Assembly: GCA_036734385.1 (NCBI GenBank)
Contig: DAIMYQ010000004.1
Coordinates: 24,375-88,374, forward strand
Source: Paludibacteraceae bacterium
GTDB lineage: Bacteria; Bacteroidota; Bacteroidia; Bacteroidales; Paludibacteraceae
Direction of reading: 5' to 3'
DNA: 64,000 nt
Below are positions 35,377 to 44,968 of the stretch, piece by piece. The notes under the pieces were generated by a model. It had not been told where the DNA came from. It saw only the letters and a program-made list of their open reading frames with translations, and ran no database searches. The position numbers and the translations under genes were made by a program. The first letter of the stretch is position 1. The number at the start of each line of letters is the position of its first letter.

Positions 35377-36927
35377 TTACTTTTTTTGTGCATTACCTTT
35401 GTCTGAACCCACACGGCTCATAGCACATCGGAATCCTAAATCGCTACGGCTTTTTGTTTGTTCCAAAAAGCGTCTTGTTGCAGGATTCAACCAATAAGAC
35501 CTGTCTTTCCATCCACCGCCCTTGTAAACACGAGTGGTATTTGAAATATGGCTCGCCAACATACCTTCTGCGTCAGAATCAGGATCATACAAACGTTTTG
35601 TCGCAACATCAGGATCGACAGCATCTTTCCATTTATCCTTGTTAACGCCTGTCTTTGCGTCACCATCATTATAGTTTCTGACATCAAGTTTAACGTATTC
35701 AACTAAACTGTCCTTAGGAACAGGTATTTTGTACTCAACTCTACCCAAACTATCTAGGCGTGGAACTTTAAGTGTTAAATTATTGATAACCGTGTCCTTG
35801 AAAATTGGAGATACATACATATTACCACGGAAAGGATTGTATTCTTGAACATCTTCTGATGTCATTGGTCTATAAACATCCATAACCCATTCGTTAACAT
35901 TTCCCGCCATATTGTATAATCCGAAATCGTTTGGCCAGAAAGAATTTACAGGAGCCGTGATAGAAGCATTATCGTTTAGGTCACCTGAAACCCCCATCAT
36001 ATCACCTCGACCTCTGACAAAGTTTGCCATGATTTTTCCTCTATGTTTTTTTGTAGGGTTTCTTGTTTGAGATCCATCCCATGGGAAAATGCGTTTTTCG
36101 TCGTAGTTTTCCATCCCTTTTTTAGATTTGATAGCATAAGCAGCAAACTCCCATTCTGCTTCAGTTGGAAGACGATATTCAGGAAGTAATAATCCATCGG
36201 ACATATTGGTTTTTCTTGCATCACCAAAAGCTGTCTTCATAGTACTTTTTTCTTTATCCGGTTTGTATTCTGGATTTTTCAAATATTTATCTACGTTGAA
36301 AACTACTTTTTTTGCTAAACTGTCTTGTTTTTCTACTTTTGCGGAGTCTTTGTGGATTGTCGCGTAGTCAGGGAGATTGATAATGCCAGCCTTTGTCAAA
36401 ATGAGCTCATTTACACGATCTGTTCTCCAAATGCAATAGTCATTAGCTTGTTCCCAACTTATACCTACGACCGGATACATATTGTAAGCAACGTGTGAAT
36501 AGTAGTATTCAAGATAAGGCTCATTATATGCTAACTCGTCTCTCCAAACTAACGTATCAGGAAGGGCTTTTTCAATAATTTTAGGTGCTCCTGCGAACAT
36601 TAAACTAGTCCAATGCACATATTCTCTCCAATCTAAGTTAGAGATTTCATATTGATCCATGTAAAAAGAACTAACAGTCAAACGACGAGGATAATTATTC
36701 CATTCACTATATGTATCTTCCGTAACACGACCCATAGTGAAGGTACCACCTTCAATAAAGACCATTCCCGGAGGCGTGTCTTGTTCGTAATTATTGACAA
36801 CCTGAAAGCCTCCTTCTTTTTTGTCATTGTAGTTCCATCCTGTCGTATTGGATACTTGTTTTTTACAAGAACCAAAAGCAACAAGTGTGCACAAAAGAAG
36901 AACTGTTTTAAGATGATTGATTTTCAT
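35377..36927 (-). CDS. FGE/SUMF1-domain lipoprotein, GldJ-like (gliding/T9SS-associated; GldJ versus PorK/GldK not resolved)
   Basis: Lipoprotein signal (LVAFGSC), then GWNYNDKKEGGFQ and MVFIEGGTFTMGR, followed by a formylglycine-generating-enzyme-like fold with a long insertion (RVYKGGGWKD near the C-terminus). Confidence 0.6.
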   Translation of the reverse strand: MKINHLKTVLLLCTLVAFGSCKKQVSNTTGWNYNDKKEGGFQVVNNYEQDTPPGMVFIEGGTFTMGRVTEDTYSEWNNYPRRLTVSSFYMDQYEISNLDWREYVHWTSLMFAGAPKIIEKALPDTLVWRDELAYNEPYLEYYYSHVAYNMYPVVGISWEQANDYCIWRTDRVNELILTKAGIINLPDYATIHKDSAKVEKQDSLAKKVVFNVDKYLKNPEYKPDKEKSTMKTAFGDARKTNMSDGLLLPEYRLPTEAEWEFAAYAIKSKKGMENYDEKRIFPWDGSQTRNPTKKHRGKIMANFVRGRGDMMGVSGDLNDNASITAPVNSFWPNDFGLYNMAGNVNEWVMDVYRPMTSEDVQEYNPFRGNMYVSPIFKDTVINNLTLKVPRLDSLGRVEYKIPVPKDSLVEYVKLDVRNYNDGDAKTGVNKDKWKDAVDPDVATKRLYDPDSDAEGMLASHISNTTRVYKGGGWKDRSYWLNPATRRFLEQTKSRSDLGFRCAMSRVGSDKGNAQKK

Positions 36928-36954
36928 AATTTGGTTTGAAATTAAATTAGCTTA

Positions 36955-36962
36955 CAAAGATA
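36955..36962 (-). promoter_or_regulatory. Candidate -7 box (TATCTTTG) for the GldJ-like gene
   Basis: TAnnTTTG match on the minus strand 28 nt upstream of the ATG at 36927. Confidence 0.5.
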
Positions 36963-37045
36963 ACAGTTTTTCAGATTTCTTATTGTGTAATCGTTTGTTT
37001 TTTTTATTTTTTACTGAAAAACAGTGCAAAGATGAATATAATTTC

Positions 37046-37053
37046 TAATTTTG
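37046..37053 (+). promoter_or_regulatory. Candidate -7 box (TAATTTTG) for folP-cdaA
   Basis: TAnnTTTG match 60 nt upstream of the folP ATG. Confidence 0.45.
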
Positions 37054-37113
37054 CAATGAATCATTTATACTTTTTTAGAAAGTTTTTGCAAAATGTCTCA
37101 TCAAAGATAAAAA

Positions 37114-37980
37114 ATGATTATACCGACAGATAACCCTTTAAGTATAAACATAAAAGGGAAGCTACTCGATTTTTGTACTCCGAGAGTTATGGGTGTTATA
37201 AATATTACACCAGATTCTTTTTTTTTACAAAGTAGAAGTAACACTGAAAAAGATATCTTGGATAAAGTAGGTAAAGCTATAGAACAAGGAGCTTCTATTG
37301 TCGATGTGGGAGGTTATTCCTCTCGTCCTAATGCCGACAATATATCTGCAAAGGAAGAGCAGAAAAGGTTGGATTTTGCGTTGCAAATCATTTGTTCTCA
37401 CTTTCCTGACGTTATTATTTCTATTGATACGTTTCGTGCAGAAATAATTGATTTTTCTGTGAAAAATTATGGAATATCAATTATCAACGATATTTCTGGA
37501 GGAATGATGGACTCAAGGATGTTCGAAACTGCTGCTAAGTGGCAAATTCCATATGTGTTGAGTCACATTCAAGGAACTCCTCAAACGATGCAACAGAATC
37601 CTTCATATGAAAAATTTATACCAGAAGTTTTATTTTATTTTTCCGAAAAAATTAATCAGTTAAAACATTTAGGGGTTAAGGATATAATTATTGATCCGGG
37701 GTTTTGTTTTGGAAAAACATTGGAACAAAATTATACATTGATAAATAATCTTGATGTTTTTAAAGTATTTGAATTGCCCATTTTAGTTGGAATTTCCCGT
37801 AAATCAATGATTCAAAAGGTGTTGCAGACGACCGCTGAGCAGAGTTTGAATGGCACAACTATACTAAATACGTTGTTGATTCAAAAGGGTGCAAATATCC
37901 TTCGTGTACACGATGTTGCGGAAGCCATGGAAATTGTTCGAATAACTGAAAAATTAAAAGAAGTCCAATATGATTTTTGA
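37114..37980 (+). CDS. folP: Dihydropteroate synthase
   Basis: VMGVINITPDSFF, GASIVDVGG and ILRVHDV motifs. Confidence 0.9.
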   Translation: MIIPTDNPLSINIKGKLLDFCTPRVMGVINITPDSFFLQSRSNTEKDILDKVGKAIEQGASIVDVGGYSSRPNADNISAKEEQKRLDFALQIICSHFPDVIISIDTFRAEIIDFSVKNYGISIINDISGGMMDSRMFETAAKWQIPYVLSHIQGTPQTMQQNPSYEKFIPEVLFYFSEKINQLKHLGVKDIIIDPGFCFGKTLEQNYTLINNLDVFKVFELPILVGISRKSMIQKVLQTTAEQSLNGTTILNTLLIQKGANILRVHDVAEAMEIVRITEKLKEVQYDF

Positions 37981-38761
37981 TTTTAGGATAAAGGATGTAA
38001 TAGATATTCTCATTGTAGCAATATTGTTATACCAAACATACAGATTGTTGCGGGGAACCTCAGGAATGAACGTTTTTATTGGCGTTTTGTCTTTTATAGT
38101 GGTTTGGTTTTTTGTTTCTTTTGTTTTTCAAATGGAGCTTTTGGGTTCTATTATGAATAAGTTTGTGAGTGTTGGAGCAATTGCTTTGATTGTCCTTTTT
38201 CAAGAGGAAATAAGGCGTTTCATGGCCGCACTTGGCGGAAGAAAAAAAGCAAAAGGGTTTGTCGGGCGAATTAAGAAGATCCTTTTGGGGGCGAGAGAGG
38301 GTTCTTCTTTTGATTATACGTCCGAAATAGTTCAGGCGTGTGAGATTCTTTCTAAAACCAAAACAGGGGCACTTATCGTAATCCAAAACGATGCTGATTT
38401 ATCGAAATATTGGGGTACTGGAGAAAGAATAGAATCTTATATTAAGGCTCGTCTCATCGAAAATATATTTTTTAAAAACAGTCCATTGCACGATGGAGCT
38501 CTCATCATTGTTAATAACAGAATTAAAGCTGTTGGTTGTATTTTGCCCATTGCTCATAATCAAGATCTCCCCAAGCATTTGGGTTTAAGACATAGAGCCG
38601 CATTAGGTATTTCGCAAAAGACTGATGCAACAACGATTGTTGTTTCGGAAGAAACCGGTCGAATTTCCTTGTCTGAAGTGGGAGAACTTCACTTAAATTT
38701 AACTCCTGAAAAATTGGAATTATTTTTGACAAAGGGCGTGCGAGATGAAGATAAAAAATAG
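37970..38761 (+). CDS. cdaA: Diadenylate cyclase CdaA (membrane-anchored DAC domain)
   Basis: Three N-terminal TM helices, then DAC motifs KTGALIVIQ, LHDGALII, RHRAALGIS and VVSEETG. It overlaps folP by 11 nt. Confidence 0.9.
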   Translation: MIFDFRIKDVIDILIVAILLYQTYRLLRGTSGMNVFIGVLSFIVVWFFVSFVFQMELLGSIMNKFVSVGAIALIVLFQEEIRRFMAALGGRKKAKGFVGRIKKILLGAREGSSFDYTSEIVQACEILSKTKTGALIVIQNDADLSKYWGTGERIESYIKARLIENIFFKNSPLHDGALIIVNNRIKAVGCILPIAHNQDLPKHLGLRHRAALGISQKTDATTIVVSEETGRISLSEVGELHLNLTPEKLELFLTKGVRDEDKK

Positions 38762-38769
38762 TACCTTTG
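38762..38769 (+). promoter_or_regulatory. Candidate -7 box (TACCTTTG) for the CoA-transferase gene
   Basis: TAnnTTTG match 33 nt upstream of the ATG at 38803. It argues against the track's upstream TTG start at 38767. Confidence 0.5.
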
Positions 38770-38802
38770 TCTCCCGAAAAAACTTATCGAAAAATTATTG
38801 TC

Positions 38803-40305
38803 ATGCAAATAAATTTTAAAATAGTTTCAGCTCAGGAAGCGGCAAACTATGTTAATGATGGAGATGTTGTGGGTTTTAGTGGTTTTACTCCGGCTGGAGC
38901 TCCCAAAGTAGTAGCTGGTGCGATTGCTGCGAAAGCAGAGTCTTTTCACGCAGAAGGGAAACCGTTTAAAATTGGGGTTTATACCGGAGCATCTACCGGA
39001 GATTCTCTCGATGGTGTTTTAGCACGTGCAAATGCTGTTGCTTTCAGAACTCCTTACCAATCCAACAAAGATCTTAGAAATTCCATCAATCAGCATAAGG
39101 CTAGCTATTTTGATATGCATCTTTCGATGTTGGCTCAAGAATTAAGATGTGGTTTTCTGCCTCGTCCAAATATTGCCATTATTGAAGCGTGTGATATTTC
39201 TGCAAATGGTGAAATTTTACTTACTTCGGGAGTCGGTATTACTCCAACTATTGCAGCTTTAGCAGATAAAATTATTATCGAGTTAAATAGTTTTCATCCG
39301 AAAACTTTAAAAGGATTACATGATATTTACGAACCTCTTGACCCTCCTTATCGAAGGGAAATTCCTATATATAAACCAAGTGATCGTATTGGGTCTCCTA
39401 TTCTGAAAGTAGATCCTAAAAAAATTATTTGCATTGTAGAAACAAACAAAGCGGATGAGGTAGGAGGCTTTGCTCCTGTTGATGATGTTACCGCAAAAAT
39501 TGGGGAGAATGTGTGCTCCTTTTTGGTATCTGAAATCAAAAGAGGAACTATTCCCGCATCGTTCTTACCAATACAATCGGGAGTAGGAAATATTGCCAAT
39601 GCAGTAATGGCTTCTTTGGGAGCTAATCCTGATATTCCTAATTTTGAGATGTATACGGAAGTAATTCAAGATGCTGTTATTGGTTTGATGAAAGAAGGAC
39701 GTGTGAAATTTGCCAGTGGATGCTCTTTGACCGTTACCACTCCGTTGTTACAAGATATATATTCAAATTTGAATTTTTTTGGGAACAAATTAGTTCTTCG
39801 CCCTCAAGAGATTTCGAATAATCCGGAAATTGTTCGTCGTTTGGGACTCATTACCATTAATACCGCATTAGAAGCTGATATCTTTGGTAACATCAATAGT
39901 ACACATGTTATGGGAACGAAAATAATGAACGGAATTGGTGGCTCAGGAGATTTTACGCGTAGTGCTTACATTTCAATTTACACCACCCCTGCTACTGCTA
40001 AAAATGGTAATATCAGTGCCATTGTTCCGATGGTTTCACACGTTGATCATAGCGAACACTCTGTAAAAGTATTGGTAACAGAATATGGCATTGCCGATTT
40101 GCGAGGCACAAATCCTATTGAACGTGCAAACCTTATTATTAACAATTGCGTAGCTCCCGAATATAGAGAAATTTTGAAAAAATACCTTGCCATATATGGA
40201 AAGGACCAAACTCCACAAAGTTTATGTGCTTCTTTTGGTATGCACAGAGAATTTATGCAATCGGGAAATATGCTCAATGTAAATTGGAATGATTGTTTAA
40301 AATAA
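38803..40305 (+). CDS. Acetyl-CoA hydrolase/transferase family protein (succinate/acetate CoA-transferase type)
   Basis: ~500 aa with GDVVGFSGFTPAGAPK near the N-terminus, and SGVGNIANAV and NGIGGSGDF typical of the Ach1/Cat1/ScpC family. Confidence 0.85.
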   Translation: MQINFKIVSAQEAANYVNDGDVVGFSGFTPAGAPKVVAGAIAAKAESFHAEGKPFKIGVYTGASTGDSLDGVLARANAVAFRTPYQSNKDLRNSINQHKASYFDMHLSMLAQELRCGFLPRPNIAIIEACDISANGEILLTSGVGITPTIAALADKIIIELNSFHPKTLKGLHDIYEPLDPPYRREIPIYKPSDRIGSPILKVDPKKIICIVETNKADEVGGFAPVDDVTAKIGENVCSFLVSEIKRGTIPASFLPIQSGVGNIANAVMASLGANPDIPNFEMYTEVIQDAVIGLMKEGRVKFASGCSLTVTTPLLQDIYSNLNFFGNKLVLRPQEISNNPEIVRRLGLITINTALEADIFGNINSTHVMGTKIMNGIGGSGDFTRSAYISIYTTPATAKNGNISAIVPMVSHVDHSEHSVKVLVTEYGIADLRGTNPIERANLIINNCVAPEYREILKKYLAIYGKDQTPQSLCASFGMHREFMQSGNMLNVNWNDCLK

Positions 40306-40366
40306 AATGCTTTACATTTTTTAAATTAATAAAACTGAGCAGTTGTAAAATGCTATATTTCAACCC

Positions 40367-40903
40367 ATGAATTCGTTAACAACAAAGAAGATACTTCGAC
40401 AAGAAATAAAAGAAAGAGTATCTTCTTTGTCTCCAAATGAACGTAAGGAAAGGGAGAAAAGAATTTTAGAACAGCTTGAAAACAACCTTTTTTTTCGGCA
40501 AGCAAAAAGTGTATTGCTTTTTTGGTCATTGCCCGATGAAATTGATACACATTCGTTTGTCAAAAAATGGGCAAGGCAGAAACAGCTTTTTTTACCCGTA
40601 ATCCAAGACGGAGAAATGTACATAAAGCCATATACGGATGAAAAAGATATGGCGGAAGGGTCATTTAAAATTTTAGAACCACAAACGCTTTTATTTGGGG
40701 ATATTAACCAAATTGATGTTTTTGTTATTCCTGCAGTTGCTTTTGATAAGCAAAACAATAGATTAGGAAGAGGAAAAGGTTTTTATGACAAGCTTTTGTG
40801 TTTGGTTTCTGCATACAAAATAGGAATAGCTTATCCGGAACAAATAGTAGATGTTATTCCTACCGAAAAACACGATATTAAGATGGATATTATTTTGTAT
40901 TAA
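40367..40903 (+). CDS. 5-formyltetrahydrofolate cyclo-ligase
   Basis: [26 protein letters not shown] (GxGxGYYD-type motif). 178 aa. Confidence 0.85.
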   Translation: MNSLTTKKILRQEIKERVSSLSPNERKEREKRILEQLENNLFFRQAKSVLLFWSLPDEIDTHSFVKKWARQKQLFLPVIQDGEMYIKPYTDEKDMAEGSFKILEPQTLLFGDINQIDVFVIPAVAFDKQNNRLGRGKGFYDKLLCLVSAYKIGIAYPEQIVDVIPTEKHDIKMDIILY

Positions 40904-40914
40904 AGATTATAATT

Positions 40915-42549
40915 ATGGCGACACCGGCATTTTCCTATCAAAATCCATTTCCCCTTGGGAAAGACAAAACAGAATATGAATTGTTGACAAAAGAATTCGT
41001 ATCAGAAGTAGAATTTGAAGGTCAGAAAGTAGTAAAAGTTGCACCTGAGGGATTAACTCTTCTGGCAAACACTGCTATGAGAAACGTAGCTTTTATGCTT
41101 CGTCCTGCTCATCAACAACAAGTAGCAAAAATTCTAACAGATCCTGAAGCAAGTGAAAACGACAAATATGTTGCGTTGACTATGCTTCGTAATGCTGAAA
41201 TTGCAGCAAAAGGAATTCTTCCTTTTTGCCAAGATACCGGAACCGCAACTATTTTTGCAAAAAAAGGTCAACAAGTTTGGACAGGAGGAAATGATGAAGC
41301 ATCTCTTTCCAAAGGTGTGTATAAAACCTACACCGAAGAAAACTTGCGTTACTCACAAACCATTCCCTTAGACATGTACAAAGAAATCAATTCGGGGTGT
41401 AATTTGCCTGCTCAAATTGATATTATGAGTATAGATGGAGCAGAGTATAAATTCCTTTTTATTGCCAAAGGGGGAGGTTCTGCCAATAAAACATATTTAT
41501 TTCAAGAAACAAAAGCTTTGTTAAACCCTGAAAAGTTAGAAAAGTTTTTGGTGGAAAAAATGAGAACTTTAGGAACGGCAGCTTGCCCTCCATATCACAT
41601 TGCTTTTGTTATTGGTGGAACATCGGCCGATATGGCTCTTAAAACTGTTAAATTGGCTTCTGCTAAATATTATGATGAACTCCCAACTCAGGGGAACGAG
41701 GGTGGTCAAGCTTTCCGTGATGTAGAATTGGAAGCAAAAATATTAAAAGCAGCCCAACAATGTGGTTTTGGAGCACAATTTGGCGGTAAATATTATGCTC
41801 ATGATGTTCGTATTGTGCGTCTTCCTCGACATGGAGCTTCTTGCCCTGTCGCAATGGCTGTTTCTTGCTCTGCCGACAGAAATGTAAAAGCAAAAATAAA
41901 CAAGGACGGTATTTGGTTAGAAAAATTGGAAAATAATCCTGGGAAATACATCCCTGAATCAATGCGTCAGGCAGGAGAAGGAAATCCTGTTAAGATAAAT
42001 CTAAATCGTCCTATGAAGGAAGTCCTTGCCGATTTGACGAAATATCCTGTTTCAACAAGATTGTCCCTTACCGGAACTATTGTTGTTGGTCGTGATATTG
42101 CTCATGCTAAACTAAAAGAGCGTCTTGATAACGGAGAAGGTTTGCCGCAGTATGTAAAAGACCATCCTATTTATTATGCCGGTCCTGCAAAAACGCCGCA
42201 GGGTATGGCTTGTGGTTCTATGGGACCAACAACGGCCGGTCGTATGGACTCTTATGTTGACTTGTTTCAATCACAAGGTGCAAGTCTTATTATGTTAGCA
42301 AAGGGCAATCGTAGTCAGGAAGTAACAGATGCTTGTAAAAAATACGGCGGATTTTATCTTGGCTCTATTGGAGGTCCGGCTGCTATTCTTGCCCAGAACA
42401 ATATTAAGAAAATCGAATGTCTTGAATACCCTGAGTTGGGTATGGAGGCAATATGGAAAATAGAAGTGGAAGACTTCCCTGCATTTATTTTGGTCGATGA
42501 TAAAGGGAATGACTTTTTCAAACAACTTAAACCTTGCTGCATAAAGTAA
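40915..42549 (+). CDS. Class I (Fe-S) fumarate hydratase
   Basis: 544 aa with [10 protein letters not shown], the Cys ligand regions (AACPPYH, SCSADR) and a C-terminal beta-subunit-like domain ([18 protein letters not shown]). Confidence 0.9.
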   Translation: MATPAFSYQNPFPLGKDKTEYELLTKEFVSEVEFEGQKVVKVAPEGLTLLANTAMRNVAFMLRPAHQQQVAKILTDPEASENDKYVALTMLRNAEIAAKGILPFCQDTGTATIFAKKGQQVWTGGNDEASLSKGVYKTYTEENLRYSQTIPLDMYKEINSGCNLPAQIDIMSIDGAEYKFLFIAKGGGSANKTYLFQETKALLNPEKLEKFLVEKMRTLGTAACPPYHIAFVIGGTSADMALKTVKLASAKYYDELPTQGNEGGQAFRDVELEAKILKAAQQCGFGAQFGGKYYAHDVRIVRLPRHGASCPVAMAVSCSADRNVKAKINKDGIWLEKLENNPGKYIPESMRQAGEGNPVKINLNRPMKEVLADLTKYPVSTRLSLTGTIVVGRDIAHAKLKERLDNGEGLPQYVKDHPIYYAGPAKTPQGMACGSMGPTTAGRMDSYVDLFQSQGASLIMLAKGNRSQEVTDACKKYGGFYLGSIGGPAAILAQNNIKKIECLEYPELGMEAIWKIEVEDFPAFILVDDKGNDFFKQLKPCCIK

Positions 42550-42564
42550 GTTAAGAAATAACGT

Positions 42565-42606
42565 AAACAATAGCGGCTACTTTCATCAGAGTAGCCGCTA
42601 TTGTTT
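42565..42606. terminator. Bidirectional rho-independent terminator between convergent genes
   Basis: Perfect 17-bp stem AAACAATAGCGGCTACT (42565-42581) / AGTAGCCGCTATTGTTT (42590-42606) with an 8-nt loop and A/T runs on both sides. Confidence 0.8.
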
Positions 42607-43742
42607 TAGATAGATATTGGTCTTACGTATGCTCTACGTCTTTTGTGTTGTTCCTTTTCGAAATAAATGTAATTCGAGTAACTTTTTAGGTTTGTTTCCA
42701 ATACGTAAGAAGTTTCAGTAAATTTCACTTGGTATTTTTGATACAAAGGAATTTGTTCTGCAAAAATTAGAGCGTTTACTCCTTTGTTTTGGTAATCAGG
42801 ACGAACAGCAATTAGAAGAAGGTCTATTACGTCTATTTTTTTCGATTTTAATGTTTTCAGAAGGGGAATAAAACCAAAAGGAAAAAGTCTTCCCTGATTT
42901 TTCTGTAAAGCTTTTGTGATATCCGGCATACCTCCACCAACACCAACCAACTCATCTTTTTCATTTACAATTAAAGAGACAAAATCAAAATTTAGCATAG
43001 GGAAGAACATATCCGCATAATATCTTTTTTGTCTATCCGTTAGCGGAGAATAGTTGTACAAAGGTTGATAGGCCGTGTCAATAAGGTCGAAGTAAGAGTA
43101 ACCAAAGCGTTTTACCAACTCTTTGTTTGATTTTACTTTTACAACTTTTAAATTATATTTTTCGGTTACCAAAGCTGCGATACGAGCCATTCGTTCAGGA
43201 ACAACATCGGGCGTTTTTATCCTCCACTCCAACCAGTCTGCTTCTTTTACAAAACCAAATTTTTCAAAATGTTCAACGTAGTAAGGATAATTATATAAAA
43301 CCGCCATAGATGATACTTTGTCATAACCTTCCAAGAGTAAGCCTGTATGGTCGAAATCGGTAAAACCTACCGGTCCGTTCATTACCTCCATTCCCTTGGA
43401 TTTTCCCCAAGCTTCTACGGCTTTAAAAAGGGCTGTTGAAACTTCCATATCATCAATGAAATCAATCCATCCAAAACGAACCTTTTTTACTTTCCAAACT
43501 TCATTCGCTCGATGGTTGACGATGCCAGCGACACGTCCCACAATTTTATTGTCTTTGTAAGCCAAAAAATAGATAGATTCACAAACCTCAAAGGCAGGAT
43601 TCTTTTTCCTATCAAGCGTGTTTCGCTCGTCAAAAAGCAAAGGGGGACAAAAATACGGATTCCCTTTATACAAATCGATTCCGAAGTGAATGAATTGTTT
43701 CATTTCTTTTTTCGAAACGGCTTCTTTGATTGTTACTGACAT
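42606..43742 (-). CDS. GNAT-like acyltransferase-fold protein of unknown function (~379 aa)
   Basis: C-terminal LLIAVRPDYQNKGVNALIF resembles the GNAT acyl-CoA-binding beta4-alpha3 motif. I prefer the start at MSVTIKEAV (ATG 43742), supported by a -7 box at 43769-43776. The track's 43913 start is unlikely. Confidence 0.5.
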   Translation of the reverse strand: MSVTIKEAVSKKEMKQFIHFGIDLYKGNPYFCPPLLFDERNTLDRKKNPAFEVCESIYFLAYKDNKIVGRVAGIVNHRANEVWKVKKVRFGWIDFIDDMEVSTALFKAVEAWGKSKGMEVMNGPVGFTDFDHTGLLLEGYDKVSSMAVLYNYPYYVEHFEKFGFVKEADWLEWRIKTPDVVPERMARIAALVTEKYNLKVVKVKSNKELVKRFGYSYFDLIDTAYQPLYNYSPLTDRQKRYYADMFFPMLNFDFVSLIVNEKDELVGVGGGMPDITKALQKNQGRLFPFGFIPLLKTLKSKKIDVIDLLLIAVRPDYQNKGVNALIFAEQIPLYQKYQVKFTETSYVLETNLKSYSNYIYFEKEQHKRRRAYVRPISI

Positions 43743-43768
43743 ATATGTATTTTTTATTTTTAAACCTG

Positions 43769-43776
43769 CAAATCTA
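43769..43776 (-). promoter_or_regulatory. Candidate -7 box (TAGATTTG) for the GNAT-like gene
   Basis: TAnnTTTG match on the minus strand 26 nt upstream of the ATG at 43742. Confidence 0.45.
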
Positions 43777-43838
43777 CAAAAACCATTTCTATCTACAATA
43801 TATTTAAATTTTATTTTTTTCTTGCACTCTCTTTTCGT

Positions 43839-43846
43839 TACTTTTG
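43839..43846 (+). promoter_or_regulatory. Candidate -7 box (TACTTTTG) for queG
   Basis: TAnnTTTG match that overlaps the track's TTG start at 43844, so the true start must lie downstream. Confidence 0.45.
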
Positions 43847-43891
43847 TTGCAAAATCTGCTCTCACAACAAAGTATTGAAATAAGGAAGCAA

Positions 43892-44812
43892 GTGGATAAA
43901 ATAACGTTGACATCTTTGGTGAAAAAGACAGCTCTTGAAGTTGGTTTTGATGCTGTAGGTATTGCAGAAGCCGGTTTTTTGGAAAAGGATAGCGAATTCC
44001 TGAAAAAATGGTTGTCGCAAGATTTTGCCGGAAACATGGGTTATATGCATCAAAACTTTGACAAGCGAGTGAACCCTCAATTGTTAATAGAAAAGGCTCG
44101 TTCTGTTATCGTGGTTCTTTTGAATTATTTTCCTTCTCAACAACAAAATCCTTCTGCTCCCAAAATAGCAAAGTACGCTTACGGAAAAGATTATCATTAT
44201 ATTGTTAAAGAAAAATTACGGAAAATTGTTGAAACTATTCCTGAAATTAAAATAGACATACAACAATGTTTTTGCGACTCTGCCCCTGTTTTGGAACGTC
44301 GTTGGGCTGAGCAAGCTGGCCTGGGTTGGATTGGTAAAAATACGTGTTTGATAAATAAAACATTGGGGTCTTATTTTTTTATCGGTGAAATCATTACCGA
44401 TGTCGAATTGTTATACGATAATCCAATTGTTCCCTCGCATTGTGGCACATGTTCTCGTTGTGTGGATGCTTGCCCAACTAAAGCCCTTGTATCCCCACAT
44501 GTTATAGATGCTCGAAAATGCATCTCCTACCAAACCATTGAAAATAAGGAAGATATTCCGCTAGAAATAGGAGAGGTATTATCCGGAAATGTTTTCGGCT
44601 GTGATATTTGCCAAGATGTTTGTCCGTGGAATAAAAAAGCAAAATTCCATTCTTGTCATGAATTTGTCCCCAGTGATTTTTTAGAGATGGAACTTAAAGA
44701 TTGGGTAAATATTGACAAAAATATATTCAATCAATTATTTAAAAATTCGCCTTTGCAGAGAGCCGGTTTTGAGAAAATTAAAAAAAGCATACAATTCTTT
44801 GTCCCCAAATAA
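43892..44812 (+). CDS. queG: Epoxyqueuosine reductase
   Basis: Two 4Fe-4S motifs (CGTCSRCVDACPT, CDICQDVCPWN) and the WAEQAGLGWIGKN motif. The start is uncertain: GTG 43892 is proposed, and the ORF is open from 43844. Confidence 0.85.
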   Translation: MDKITLTSLVKKTALEVGFDAVGIAEAGFLEKDSEFLKKWLSQDFAGNMGYMHQNFDKRVNPQLLIEKARSVIVVLLNYFPSQQQNPSAPKIAKYAYGKDYHYIVKEKLRKIVETIPEIKIDIQQCFCDSAPVLERRWAEQAGLGWIGKNTCLINKTLGSYFFIGEIITDVELLYDNPIVPSHCGTCSRCVDACPTKALVSPHVIDARKCISYQTIENKEDIPLEIGEVLSGNVFGCDICQDVCPWNKKAKFHSCHEFVPSDFLEMELKDWVNIDKNIFNQLFKNSPLQRAGFEKIKKSIQFFVPK

Positions 44813-44820
44813 AAACTCTA

Positions 44821-44828
44821 TATCTTTG
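44821..44828 (+). promoter_or_regulatory. Candidate -7 box (TATCTTTG) for metK
   Basis: TAnnTTTG match 140 nt upstream of the metK ATG, which implies a ~130-nt leader. Confidence 0.5.
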
Positions 44829-44968
44829 TTCTCAATTAGTGGACGGATTTGAATCGCTTGCAACCACAGAAAAAAATGCTAAAATGTCGTTTTTGTACTC
44901 TTTGTAAGCCTTTCGGAATTCCTTCCCCAATCAATTTCTATATTTAATTATCGTTAAATTTAAAATGT

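Noticed and set aside
35377-36927. Annotating the FGE/SUMF1-domain protein as a sulfatase-maturating enzyme
   Set aside because: It has a lipoprotein signal peptide, a GldJ-like N-terminal motif (GW..GGFQ, FIEGGTFTMG) and a large insertion. No sulfatase gene is adjacent. These features fit the gliding/T9SS lipoprotein family better.
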